Shown: positions 30,326 through 39,167 of the stretch, piece by piece | Layout: each line of letters opens with the position of its first letter | Position numbering within the stretch: position 1 is the stretch's first letter | Source: an uncultured Nitrospiraceae bacterium | Lineage (GTDB): Bacteria > Nitrospirota > Nitrospiria > Nitrospirales > Nitrospiraceae | Assembly (NCBI GenBank): GCA_963730935.1 | Contig: CAVSTP010000003.1 | Coordinates: 288,001 to 352,000, forward strand | Direction: 5' to 3' | DNA: 64,000 nt | Program-made: the position numbers and the translations under genes | Notes under the pieces: generated by a model | What the model was told of the DNA's origin: nothing | The model's input: the letters and a program-made list of their open reading frames with translations, nothing else | Databases searched by the model: none

Positions 30326-30661
30326 ATGCGCAACAGCCATCTGGGGTGGGTGGCAGGGTCGGTCATTCTGTGTCTAGCAGCGGTTGCACCGGCCTTCGCC
30401 ATGTCGGTCGAAGAAGCAAAAACAAAAGGTTTGGTGGGAGAAAAAGCAAATGGCTATTTGGGTGTCGTCAATCCGGGCTCCCAGGAAGCGCAATCAGTGA
30501 CGAACGAGGTGAACAAGAAGCGTCGCCAGGCCTATGAGGACATCGCTACCAGGAATCGCACTCAGCTCGACGCCGTGGAGGCGTTAGCCGGCGAAAAGGC
30601 GATTCAGAACACCAAACCGGGGCATTACGTCGAAGGCCCGGGCGGATGGACAAGGAAATAA
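30326..30661 (+). CDS. ydbL: YdbL-family (DUF1318) protein
   Basis: AKTKGLVGEKANGYL, NKKRRQAY, GGWTRK. Confidence 0.9.
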   Translation: MRNSHLGWVAGSVILCLAAVAPAFAMSVEEAKTKGLVGEKANGYLGVVNPGSQEAQSVTNEVNKKRRQAYEDIATRNRTQLDAVEALAGEKAIQNTKPGHYVEGPGGWTRK

Positions 30662-30688
30662 TCTCTGTTGCGGGTTCTCAGAGCCCGC

Positions 30689-31333
30689 CTAGCCGTAGCG
30701 GTCGTTCTTAAATGGCAAGGCGCTGTTGGAATAGCCCCGCACCTCCCAGAATCCCTTCTCATCCTTGTCTGAGAAGGTGATCTCCTTGATCCACTTGGCG
30801 CCCTTCCACGCATAACGTTTGGGGACAATGACGCGCACAGGGCCGCCATGTTCTTTCGAGAGCGGTTGGCCGTTCCATTTGTGGGCCACCAGCACGTCCG
30901 CATCGTCGCAGGCCTCAAGTGGCAGATTGGTCGTGTAGTCGTCATAGGATTTGAAGAGCACGAATTTGGCCAGTGTAACCGGTCTGACCACGGACAAGAT
31001 GTGACGGAAGCTGACCCCTTCCCATTCGTTGTCGAAGCGACTCCACGACGTCACGCAGTGAAAATCCGAGACGTCCTTGAACGGCGGTTGAGCGAGGAAC
31101 TGTTCCCAGGTCCAGGTCACGGGATTGGCGACAAAGCCGCCGATGGTGATCGTCCACTCGGCAAGCGCGATCTCCGGCTTATGGCCGAGATCCAGAACGG
31201 GGAAGGTCTCCACCACATGTTGTCCCGGGGGTAGGCGATCGTCACCTTCATAGAAGACCTCTCGCTCCTCTCCACCCCTCCGCGCCTTTGCCCACTGTTC
31301 CTTCGTCTTGGTCAATCGGCTCGAGTCATCCAT
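30689..31333 (-). CDS. Sulfite-oxidase-like molybdopterin oxidoreductase (YuiH-like)
   Basis: RLPPGQ, DFHCVTSWS, YTTNLPL, HGGPVR, YAWKGAKW, GFWEVRGY. Confidence 0.9.
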   Translation of the reverse strand: MDDSSRLTKTKEQWAKARRGGEEREVFYEGDDRLPPGQHVVETFPVLDLGHKPEIALAEWTITIGGFVANPVTWTWEQFLAQPPFKDVSDFHCVTSWSRFDNEWEGVSFRHILSVVRPVTLAKFVLFKSYDDYTTNLPLEACDDADVLVAHKWNGQPLSKEHGGPVRVIVPKRYAWKGAKWIKEITFSDKDEKGFWEVRGYSNSALPFKNDRYG

Positions 31334-31473
31334 CGGTTACCTCCTCCCTAAGAGTAGGCTAGAAAGGAGTTTTCTGACAAGCAGGATTCGTTATGTTAAG
31401 AGTGGACCGCTGACGACACCTAAATCCTTGTGTTGTCTAGGCCTCTTGGCGACCTGCTACACTTGAAGACACT

Positions 31474-32046
31474 ATGAACGCGAGGCAACCGAGTCACACG
31501 CAAGCCACCGCCGCATGTTCCCTGTTGGTCTTTTCTCTGATTCTTGCCATTGCCACGTCTGGCGAGGGTCTGGCTGCACGCAAGGTCCAGAAGGAGAATC
31601 CCGCCGACCTGTCAAACAGCCTGACCCCTGCCAGTCAATCCCGGCCACAACGGACCCTTGCCAAGGGCACCCCATCGGCTCAGCCCTTATCAACCGAGAG
31701 CAGGCCGGCATATGCCGCACGGCAGAAGAAAGTCACCACGGGTGAGGCGCCGTCCACCGGGCGAAAAAGCCGCAGGACGATGAAGGCGTCCAAGAAAACC
31801 GCTGCGAAAGCTGTGGTACAGCCTAGGACGGATTTGATCCCGTATGGCATGCTCGAAGATTCCCAGCGCTATGATCCGCGCCCTCGAGCCGCGTCTCCCG
31901 GCGTCCCTAGTCCACAGACGACCGATTTGACCCACGACCATTTTCAAGAGTTGGACCGCAATCAAGACGGCAGGATCGACCCTGTTGAACGGGCGTTGGG
32001 CCGTATCGATATGGATCGCGATCTCCACACCCGCACGTTGCAATAA
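31474..32046 (+). CDS. Exported hypothetical protein with C-terminal EF-hand-like loop
   Basis: Signal-like N-terminus, basic low-complexity linker, DRNQDGRIDPVE. Confidence 0.6.
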   Translation: MNARQPSHTQATAACSLLVFSLILAIATSGEGLAARKVQKENPADLSNSLTPASQSRPQRTLAKGTPSAQPLSTESRPAYAARQKKVTTGEAPSTGRKSRRTMKASKKTAAKAVVQPRTDLIPYGMLEDSQRYDPRPRAASPGVPSPQTTDLTHDHFQELDRNQDGRIDPVERALGRIDMDRDLHTRTLQ

Positions 32047-32131
32047 CTGAGCGGCTTCCTCTCCCGTCCCCACAGTCTCGAGCTCCAACAACGTTGACAG
32101 TCGGGATGGGAGTCCCCATGATACGCGGGCC

Positions 32132-32848
32132 ATGGCACATGAGATGCCCGCAGTCCGGCCGGCCGGCGGGATGCAGATCGGGAAGCTCGCGATTGGCGCA
32201 GTCATCGCCTGCGCGATCGTCCTGTTTTTCTTCTTGGATCTGGGACGCTTTCTATCCCTGGAGACCCTCAAGGCCAATCGCGATCACCTCCTGGCGTTTA
32301 CGGAAGCCAACTACACGACGGCCGTCGTCCTCTTCATCTTGTTGTACGTTGCCGTGGCCGGCTTGTCGCTGCCTGGCGCCACCATCCTGACGCTGGCTGG
32401 AGGATTTGTCTTCGGCGCAGTCCCAGCCACGCTCTACGTCAATATTGGCGCGACGACCGGCGCCACGCTCGCATTCTTGGCGGCACGCTATGTGCTGAGA
32501 GACTCGGTCGAACAAAAATTCGGGAGGTGGTTGGAGCCGCTGCAGCAGGGGTTCGCAAGGAATGCCTTCAGCTACCTCTTGACCCTCCGGTTGATTCCGC
32601 TGTTCCCTTTCTTTGTGGTGAATCTGGTCTCCGGTCTCACCCGCGTGAGCGTCGGTACGTATGTGGCGGCGACTGCCCTCGGCATTATTCCGGGCTCGTT
32701 CGTCTATGCCTATGCAGGCCGCCAGCTAGGCACAATCAATTCACTCAAAGAAATTGCCTCGCCTCAAGTCCTCGGCGCCTTCGTCTTGCTGGGAGCGTTC
32801 GCCCTCGCGCCGCTCCTCTACAAGAAGCTAAGCGCAAGATCCACATGA
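32132..32848 (+). CDS. TVP38/TMEM64 (DedA/VTT) membrane protein
   Basis: LSLPGA, GATLAFL, LRLIPLFPFFVVN, GIIPGS. Confidence 0.9.
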   Translation: MAHEMPAVRPAGGMQIGKLAIGAVIACAIVLFFFLDLGRFLSLETLKANRDHLLAFTEANYTTAVVLFILLYVAVAGLSLPGATILTLAGGFVFGAVPATLYVNIGATTGATLAFLAARYVLRDSVEQKFGRWLEPLQQGFARNAFSYLLTLRLIPLFPFFVVNLVSGLTRVSVGTYVAATALGIIPGSFVYAYAGRQLGTINSLKEIASPQVLGAFVLLGAFALAPLLYKKLSARST

Positions 32849-32878
32849 GCACGTCCGTGAGAAGAATCTGGAGCCGTC

Positions 32879-34429
32879 ATGTTTGAAGCATTCGGGCTCT
32901 TGCCAGATGATGAACACGACCGGAGACTGGCTGAAAATGTTCATCCAACGGACTGGGTCAACCCCCACCCGGACGGGCGCTATAACATCGTCGTGTTGGG
33001 CGCCGGGACCGCCGGACTAATCACGGCCGTCATTAGTGCAAGCCTTGGCGCCAAAGTGGCGCTGGTCGAAAAGCATCTGATGGGCGGGGATTGCTTGAAC
33101 GTGGGCTGCGTGCCGTCGAAGGGCATCATCCGCGCGGCACGTGCTTGGGCGGATCTCCGACGTGCGGCGGAGTTCGGGATTGGAGTCCCTCCCGGCGTCA
33201 CCTACGATTTCAGCGCGGTCATGTCCCGTATGCGAAGATTGCGGGCACGTATCAGTTCCAACGATTCCGCGCACCGTTATGCCAACCTGGGCGTGGATGT
33301 GTTCCTGGGGCACGGGCGGTTCACCAATAGGGAGACGATCCACGTCGAAGGCACGGCGGGTAACCGGACGCTCACATTTGCCAGGGCCGCGATTTGCACG
33401 GGCGCACGGGCCTCCGTGCCTTCCGTCCTGGGCTTGAAAGAGGCGGGCTACCTGACCAACGAAACAGTGTTCTCATTGACCTCGTTACCTCGGCGGTTAG
33501 CGGTCATTGGCGCTGGCCCTATCGGCTGTGAAATGGCGCAGGCCTTTGCACGGTTCGGCAGTCACGTGTCCTTGATCGAGGCGTTGCACGGCATTCTGCC
33601 CAATGAAGACCGTGACGCCGCTCAGGTAGTGCAGCAACAGATCGAGAAGGACGGCGTCGCACTGCTGTGCTGTGGACAGGACCTGCGGGTCGTCAAAACG
33701 GCCGATGGCAAACGGCTGACAGGCGCTTCACATGGCGTGCCGTACGACGTCATCGTCGATGAAATCCTTGCCGGAGTCGGTCGGACGCCGAATGTAGAAG
33801 GGTTGGGACTGGAACAGGCCGGCGTGGAATTCAATGCCGGGGGCGTGAAGGTGAACGGTCGGTTGCAAACGAGCAATCCCAGGATTTTCGCCGCTGGCGA
33901 TATCTGCTCCCGGTTCAAGTTTACCCATGCTGCCGACGCAATGGCGCAGATCGTGGTACAGAACGCCCTGTTCCCTCATCCGTTCGGGCTGGGCTATGCA
34001 AACGCGGACTCGCTGGTCATTCCCTGGTGCACCTATACGGAGCCGGAAATTGCGCATATCGGCATGTACGAAAAAGATGCCAACGCCAAGGGCATCGAGG
34101 TGGAAACCTACACGTTCAACCTGGACGAGGTCGACCGGGCGATCCTTGACGGCGAGGAAAATGGATTCGCACGGATACATCTCCGCAAGGGGACGGACAG
34201 AATCCTGGGGGCGACGATCGTGGCTGCTCACGCCGGCGATTTGATCAACGAGTTTTCCGTGGTGATGAAAGCCGGTAAGGGGGCCAGGACCATTGCCGGG
34301 ACGATTCATCCTTATCCGACCCAGGCCGAGGTCAACAAGAAAGTTGTCAACCTGTGGAGAAAAGCGCATTTCAGTCCGGCCAGGAAGAACAAGCTCGTTC
34401 GCCTCTTCGCCTGGATGCGCAGGGGATAG
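32879..34429 (+). CDS. FAD-dependent pyridine nucleotide-disulfide oxidoreductase (mercuric-reductase-like)
   Basis: GAGTAG, GGDCLNVGCVPSK, GAGPIGCE, FTHAA, HPYPTQAE; no C-terminal Cys-Cys. Confidence 0.88.
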   Translation: MFEAFGLLPDDEHDRRLAENVHPTDWVNPHPDGRYNIVVLGAGTAGLITAVISASLGAKVALVEKHLMGGDCLNVGCVPSKGIIRAARAWADLRRAAEFGIGVPPGVTYDFSAVMSRMRRLRARISSNDSAHRYANLGVDVFLGHGRFTNRETIHVEGTAGNRTLTFARAAICTGARASVPSVLGLKEAGYLTNETVFSLTSLPRRLAVIGAGPIGCEMAQAFARFGSHVSLIEALHGILPNEDRDAAQVVQQQIEKDGVALLCCGQDLRVVKTADGKRLTGASHGVPYDVIVDEILAGVGRTPNVEGLGLEQAGVEFNAGGVKVNGRLQTSNPRIFAAGDICSRFKFTHAADAMAQIVVQNALFPHPFGLGYANADSLVIPWCTYTEPEIAHIGMYEKDANAKGIEVETYTFNLDEVDRAILDGEENGFARIHLRKGTDRILGATIVAAHAGDLINEFSVVMKAGKGARTIAGTIHPYPTQAEVNKKVVNLWRKAHFSPARKNKLVRLFAWMRRG

Positions 34430-34441
34430 GACACGGATGCT

Positions 34442-35203
34442 GTGAGCGGCCTGCGTTGGACCCTCGGATGGCTCGCCTTTGGATTCCTCGTCTTGGGATT
34501 GTTCCTCGCGGTCTCAGCTTCGACGGAGGATTCTTCCATCGTTCTGGAAGTCGGAAGATTTTCCGGCAGCCGCCCCGGATCCGCTCTGCCCGATGGGTGG
34601 AAACCACTGACCTTCAAGAAAGTCGCCAAATCCACTGTCTATGAGTTGGTCACGGATGGCTCTGCCGTCGTGGTCAAAGCCACAAGCGATGCGGGTGCGT
34701 CCGGTCTGACGAAAGAGGTCAAAATCGATCCGTCGATCTTTCCCGTCGTCCACTGGCGGTGGAAGGTCGAGAATCTGCTGACCCGCAGCGACGTGACGCG
34801 TAAGAGCGGCGACGACTATCCTGCCAGACTATACATCACGTTCGAATACGATCCGGAGAAGGTCAGTCTCGGCAGGAAGCTGAAGTACCAAGCCGGGCGA
34901 GCGCTGTTCGGCGATATTCCGATTGCCGCCCTCAACTACATCTGGGATGCCAAGACACCCGTTGGAACGGTCGTCGACAATGCCTACACCGATTTCGCGA
35001 AGATGATTGTGGTTGAAACCGGTGCGACCAAGGTCGGCATGTGGGTCGAGGAGTCGCGGAACGTCTATCGGGATTACAAGGAAGCGTTCGGCGAGGATCC
35101 GCCCATGATCAACGGTATTGCGATCATGACGGACACCGACAACACGAAAGAACGAGCGATCGCCTATTACGGAGACATCCGGTTTGCGCGGGAGGGGCGA
35201 TGA
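34442..35203 (+). CDS. DUF3047-domain protein
   Basis: ASGL, WRWKV, GDDYPARLY, LNYIW, RNVYRDY, IMTDTDNT, YYGDIRF. Confidence 0.85.
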   Translation: MSGLRWTLGWLAFGFLVLGLFLAVSASTEDSSIVLEVGRFSGSRPGSALPDGWKPLTFKKVAKSTVYELVTDGSAVVVKATSDAGASGLTKEVKIDPSIFPVVHWRWKVENLLTRSDVTRKSGDDYPARLYITFEYDPEKVSLGRKLKYQAGRALFGDIPIAALNYIWDAKTPVGTVVDNAYTDFAKMIVVETGATKVGMWVEESRNVYRDYKEAFGEDPPMINGIAIMTDTDNTKERAIAYYGDIRFAREGR

Positions 35204-35226
35204 TCAAGAAGGGGAGCTCAAAAGCG

Positions 35227-35261
35227 GAAGAGGCCGGCCTCTTCGTGGCCGGCCTCTTCGT
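35227..35261. terminator. Probable terminator hairpin between convergent genes
   Basis: GAAGAGGCCGGCC-7 nt-GGCCGGCCTCTTC 13-bp stem; A-run upstream gives a U-tail on the minus strand. Confidence 0.55.
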
Positions 35262-35303
35262 GGACACCACCGCGCCCAGAGTGGGTGCGCGGATTCAAGG
35301 GGG

Positions 35304-35693
35304 TTACTGAATCGAATTCGCGAAGCCGCCCCGCGTAATTTCGGCGCGAACGGTGTCTCCAACCTTCTTCTGCTTGATGTACTTGGTCCCCTGTCCGACG
35401 TAGAGCTTCACCTGATTGCCCTCGAAGTCTTCGACGGTATAGGCGTTCTCCTTGATTTCTTTCACCGTGCCTCCCACGGTCCTCCAGGCCGGACCCGGCT
35501 TTTCATCGTGATGGCCTGGCTTGGGAGCTGCCTGTACCACCGGCACATGCCCCATCGAGGCGGCTGCTGCAGCGGCAGATTTGTGTGAGGACGTTTTCTT
35601 CGATTCCTTCGCCATGGTTGGCGCGGCGACAATGGCCGCCACAGCGATCATTGCGACGATCGTGATCATGTTGTTCTGCAGACTGTTCTTCAT
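35304..35693 (-). CDS. Exported hypothetical protein, probable small OB-fold domain
   Basis: SD AAGGAGG, signal peptide, GTVKEI...YTVED..G..VKL...KVGDTV pattern. Confidence 0.7.
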   Translation of the reverse strand: MKNSLQNNMITIVAMIAVAAIVAAPTMAKESKKTSSHKSAAAAAASMGHVPVVQAAPKPGHHDEKPGPAWRTVGGTVKEIKENAYTVEDFEGNQVKLYVGQGTKYIKQKKVGDTVRAEITRGGFANSIQ

Positions 35694-35742
35694 GGCACCC
35701 TCCTTAAGACGACATGGCTTCAAATCCGCTCCCTGACGGTTC

Positions 35743-35758
35743 AGCAAGGCATGTGCCG
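35743..35758 (-). promoter_or_regulatory. Sigma-54 (-24/-12) promoter
   Basis: Minus strand CGGCACATGCCTTGCT (GG-N10-GC), about 50 nt upstream of ATG 35693. Confidence 0.65.
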
Positions 35759-36000
35759 GATGGCCTAGCGGTCTCACTTAGGAAATTCAGTGGGTTGTAA
35801 GCCTCATCCCTGCCTATGACGCGTCATCCGGGTATCAATGGAAAAAAAACGGCAGAAACCTGTCCAAATATGACCGTCTTTACCCATGTGAGGGAGAGTG
35901 ATGGCATGCAGATCGCCGATCTGAAGTTTGCTGGACGAAGTGTGCGAAGCTTGATAAGAGGGAACTGAGTCGCGGTTTCCATTACGAACAGGAGGGAGAC

Positions 36001-36324
36001 ATGACACGGACTGTTGTTGTTATCGGCGGTGTGCTACTGGCGGCCGGAATGGCCTATGGACAAGCGGAGACGCCCGGGATCGATCAACGGCAGGCGAACC
36101 AAGAACAGCGCATCGATCAGGGTATTGCAAGCGGCCAACTCACCCAACGGGAAGCGGGTCGGCTGGAGCAGCAGCAGAAGCATATCAACACGATGGAGGA
36201 TAAAGCCAAGTCCGATGGAGTCGTGACGAAAAAGGAACGGGCCCGCCTCCACGCCGCCCAAGACAAGGCTTCAAAGAAGATCTACCGCCAGAAACACGAC
36301 CGTCAGAAAAGCCGGCATCAATAG
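36001..36324 (+). CDS. Exported helical hypothetical protein
   Basis: SD AGGAGG, signal peptide, RQANQEQRIDQGIASGQLT repeat-type motif. Confidence 0.8.
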   Translation: MTRTVVVIGGVLLAAGMAYGQAETPGIDQRQANQEQRIDQGIASGQLTQREAGRLEQQQKHINTMEDKAKSDGVVTKKERARLHAAQDKASKKIYRQKHDRQKSRHQ

Positions 36325-36452
36325 TTCGCGCTGTTCACATGACGTGACGAGGGGGTTCGGTATTCGCCGGACTCCCTCGTGTCGTTTCTGTGCCTTTTCG
36401 GGTCCGCACAGAGACGTTTCGAGAGCCTAGAGAAAGTACTACAATGCGCGAA

Positions 36453-37769
36453 ATGGCGCCCCACCAGTCCCGACGACAGTTGCTACGACGATTGCCGCAA
36501 AGGATCGTCCGATTGTTGCGCGAGCTTGGACGGTTGGCTGACGAGAAAGGGATTGGGCTGTATCTCGTCGGCGGAGTCGTAAGAGATCTTCTACTCAAGC
36601 GCAGCAATTGGGATGTGGACCTGACCGTCGAAGGCAACGGCATCTCGTTCGCCCGTCTGGTGACGAATCGGTATGGGGCCGGCCTGGCGCTGTTCGAACG
36701 CTTTGCGACCGCTCGCTTGGTCTTTCCCGATGGCCTTAAAGTCGACATCGCGAGCACACGACGTGAGAGTTATGCCGATCCCGCGGCGCTTCCCGAAGTC
36801 GTGACCGCTTCGCTCGAGGAAGATTTGTTTCGGCGTGATTTCACGATCAATGCGATGGCGATCCAGCTGAACCTGGCCCACTGGGGAGAACTGCACGACC
36901 CGTTTGGGGGACAACAGGATCTGAAAAACAAGACGCTGCGCGTTCTGCACGACCGGAGCTTCGTCGATGATCCGACCAGAATCTTTCGCGCAATTCGCTT
37001 CTCGGAACGATTCGGCTTTCGGATTGAACCGAATACCGGGCGCTTGCTTGCGCGCGCCTCGAGCCTGAACCTCGTGGCCCGGCTCTCAGGGCCGCGGCTT
37101 GCCAATGAAATTTTTGCGCTTATGAACGAGGACCACCCGGACGCCGCGATTCGACGTCTTCGCCGGCTCCGCTTGCTCCGGTTCCTCCACCCACGTCTCT
37201 CGCCGGGAAAACATACCGAACGGCTCCTGGCCGTGCTCCCGCAAACCATCGGCGCTTGGAAGCGACGCTGTCCTGAGTTCTTTCTCAATCGCCCGCTGTT
37301 ATGGGTCATGGCGCTGCTCGCGCATGCCTCTGCTTCTGTGATCGCCGGTACGATCCAGCGACTCCAGCTGACCACCACGGAATCTAGAGCACTGGGATGG
37401 GCAGGTGAGAAGACCGGCCGTGTGGCCAAGACACTCTCAGCCGATGCGTTGCGGCGGCCCTCCCAGATCTATCGCCTGCTTTCGAGGCTGCCGAATGAAG
37501 CGTTGGCTCTGGTGCTGGCCAAGGGCCTTGTGAGCAGCAAGGCGGCTGGAATCGTGCGGCTGAAACGACGATTAACGAGATTTCTCGAGCGCGATCGCCT
37601 TACGACCACGACGATCAACGGAAACACACTCAAAGAGTTTGGTCTTCGCCCGGGCCCTCATTTCAAAAAAATTTTGGACAGGCTGCTGGATGAGCGGTTG
37701 GATGGCAGGATTACGGCTGCCGCTCAGGAACGAGACCGTGCTCGCATTTTGGCAAAGCAGTACAGTTAG
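36453..37769 (+). CDS. Class II tRNA nucleotidyltransferase (CCA- or A-adding type)
   Basis: VGGVVRDLLL...DVD, EDLFRRDFTINAMA, SFVDDPTRIFRAIRF, GLRPGP; start inferred from TACAAT-7 nt-ATG. Confidence 0.88.
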   Translation: MAPHQSRRQLLRRLPQRIVRLLRELGRLADEKGIGLYLVGGVVRDLLLKRSNWDVDLTVEGNGISFARLVTNRYGAGLALFERFATARLVFPDGLKVDIASTRRESYADPAALPEVVTASLEEDLFRRDFTINAMAIQLNLAHWGELHDPFGGQQDLKNKTLRVLHDRSFVDDPTRIFRAIRFSERFGFRIEPNTGRLLARASSLNLVARLSGPRLANEIFALMNEDHPDAAIRRLRRLRLLRFLHPRLSPGKHTERLLAVLPQTIGAWKRRCPEFFLNRPLLWVMALLAHASASVIAGTIQRLQLTTTESRALGWAGEKTGRVAKTLSADALRRPSQIYRLLSRLPNEALALVLAKGLVSSKAAGIVRLKRRLTRFLERDRLTTTTINGNTLKEFGLRPGPHFKKILDRLLDERLDGRITAAAQERDRARILAKQYS

Positions 37770-38368
37770 AGGCGGTATCTCCGCAGCCGCTGATCGTTTT
37801 CAATCTTTCCGAACAGGTCGTTCAGCGCCGCTTGTACAGCGAAATTAATTGGACCTCGGTCCTCTTGTCCCGTGGCTTTGCCGAAGCCGATATATTTCGA
37901 AAGAGCGCGCTTGCCTGACGCTTCCAGCAACGTGGCGTCGATGCGGGCCACATAGACATGATCGAAGTCGGAATCGACGCTCGGGTCAATATAGATATTG
38001 AGCCGCATGGAGAGATCAAGATCGGTTTGACTGTCGGTCGACAGGTAGGTAAACGTTTTGCGTGCCGCGAGATAGTCTGCGATCGACCGTTCCCAATCCT
38101 TTTTTGCCTTGCCGAGGGGTTGAGCGACTCCTGTCACCCTGTTTTCGATGCGTGGATCCGCAACCATCGTGGCACCCGGCTCAACCTGATACGCTTCGAT
38201 TTCCGTCAGCCTGACCGTGGCGGAATAAGGAAGAGGCGATGCAGTTGGAACCACCGCACCCGGTTGATAGACCAGTTGTGGGGAACAGGAGAGAGTGAGT
38301 AGCAGCGATGTGAACACCGGTAACAGGAGGGGCCCGCTCGGGCGAAGACGCGCTGGAGTAGACATCAT
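37766..38368 (-). CDS. Hypothetical lipoprotein
   Basis: Lipobox TLSC; SD GGAG. Confidence 0.65.
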   Translation of the reverse strand: MMSTPARLRPSGPLLLPVFTSLLLTLSCSPQLVYQPGAVVPTASPLPYSATVRLTEIEAYQVEPGATMVADPRIENRVTGVAQPLGKAKKDWERSIADYLAARKTFTYLSTDSQTDLDLSMRLNIYIDPSVDSDFDHVYVARIDATLLEASGKRALSKYIGFGKATGQEDRGPINFAVQAALNDLFGKIENDQRLRRYRL

Positions 38369-38473
38369 CTCGGCTCCCTCCACGAGAAGCATCACCCTAC
38401 AACCCGGGATGCGTCGTTGCAAGGGGTGGGCATCTCGCGGTCTGCTTGCGGTAGCCCTGAACGGAGGCCCCGA

Positions 38474-39118
38474 CTAGTTCATCGGGATAGTCGTGGTGGC
38501 CACCTCAGTGGGAAGCAGCAACGTCACCATCGCCTGATTCTGCTCGTCCGGTTGCACCAAGGCAAACAGCGGAACCGGCTGAGGGACTGCGCCGTGGGGA
38601 AACGCCAATAGCGCTGGAAAATCGATCAAAGGCGCCGTGGTCGGTTGCGCCGTCAGGCGAAGCCTGAACGCCATCAGCACGTCTCGCAATCTGGCAGACC
38701 GTTCGTCCTCTGTCAGCGTCTTGCCCGGAGCAATACCGGTGTCCCATAGGGGCTTCGTCACTGTGACAGAAAACGACAAGCCGAGTTGTTTGGCTGTCGG
38801 TGTGACATCAATTAACGCACCAGTTTCGATTGCCTGCTGAAAAGGAATTGGCGCCGGCGTGGTGTGGTTAGGTGACTGCTCTGATTCTTCTACGGGCTCT
38901 CTCCGGACGGACATCGGTGCCAACTGCTCTTCTGGCATTTCCTGACCTACAATGCCCAGATCTGATGTTTTCGGAGTTGGCAGGGACTTCAGGATTCCCT
39001 CATAGACCGCTCTGGCTCGAGCGGACCATCGGGGATTCAAGGGACGGCCGGCAAAGGCGGCCTCGGCGGCGTGGCGTTCGTCATGGGAAAGGGCACGAGG
39101 ATTCTCGTTGTTGTCCAT
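38474..39118 (-). CDS. Hypothetical protein, C-terminal DUF6573-like domain
   Basis: QAIETGALIDVT...RLRDVL...VTLLLP resembles DUF6573 consensus from memory. Confidence 0.6.
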   Translation of the reverse strand: MDNNENPRALSHDERHAAEAAFAGRPLNPRWSARARAVYEGILKSLPTPKTSDLGIVGQEMPEEQLAPMSVRREPVEESEQSPNHTTPAPIPFQQAIETGALIDVTPTAKQLGLSFSVTVTKPLWDTGIAPGKTLTEDERSARLRDVLMAFRLRLTAQPTTAPLIDFPALLAFPHGAVPQPVPLFALVQPDEQNQAMVTLLLPTEVATTTIPMN

Positions 39119-39167
39119 ACATAGGAACATAAGTCGCCTAGGATGAAAGTCAAGGATCCGCCGGTCG

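Noticed and set aside
32879..34429. Calling this gene merA
   Set aside because: No C-terminal Cys-Cys, no metal-binding domain, no mer operon
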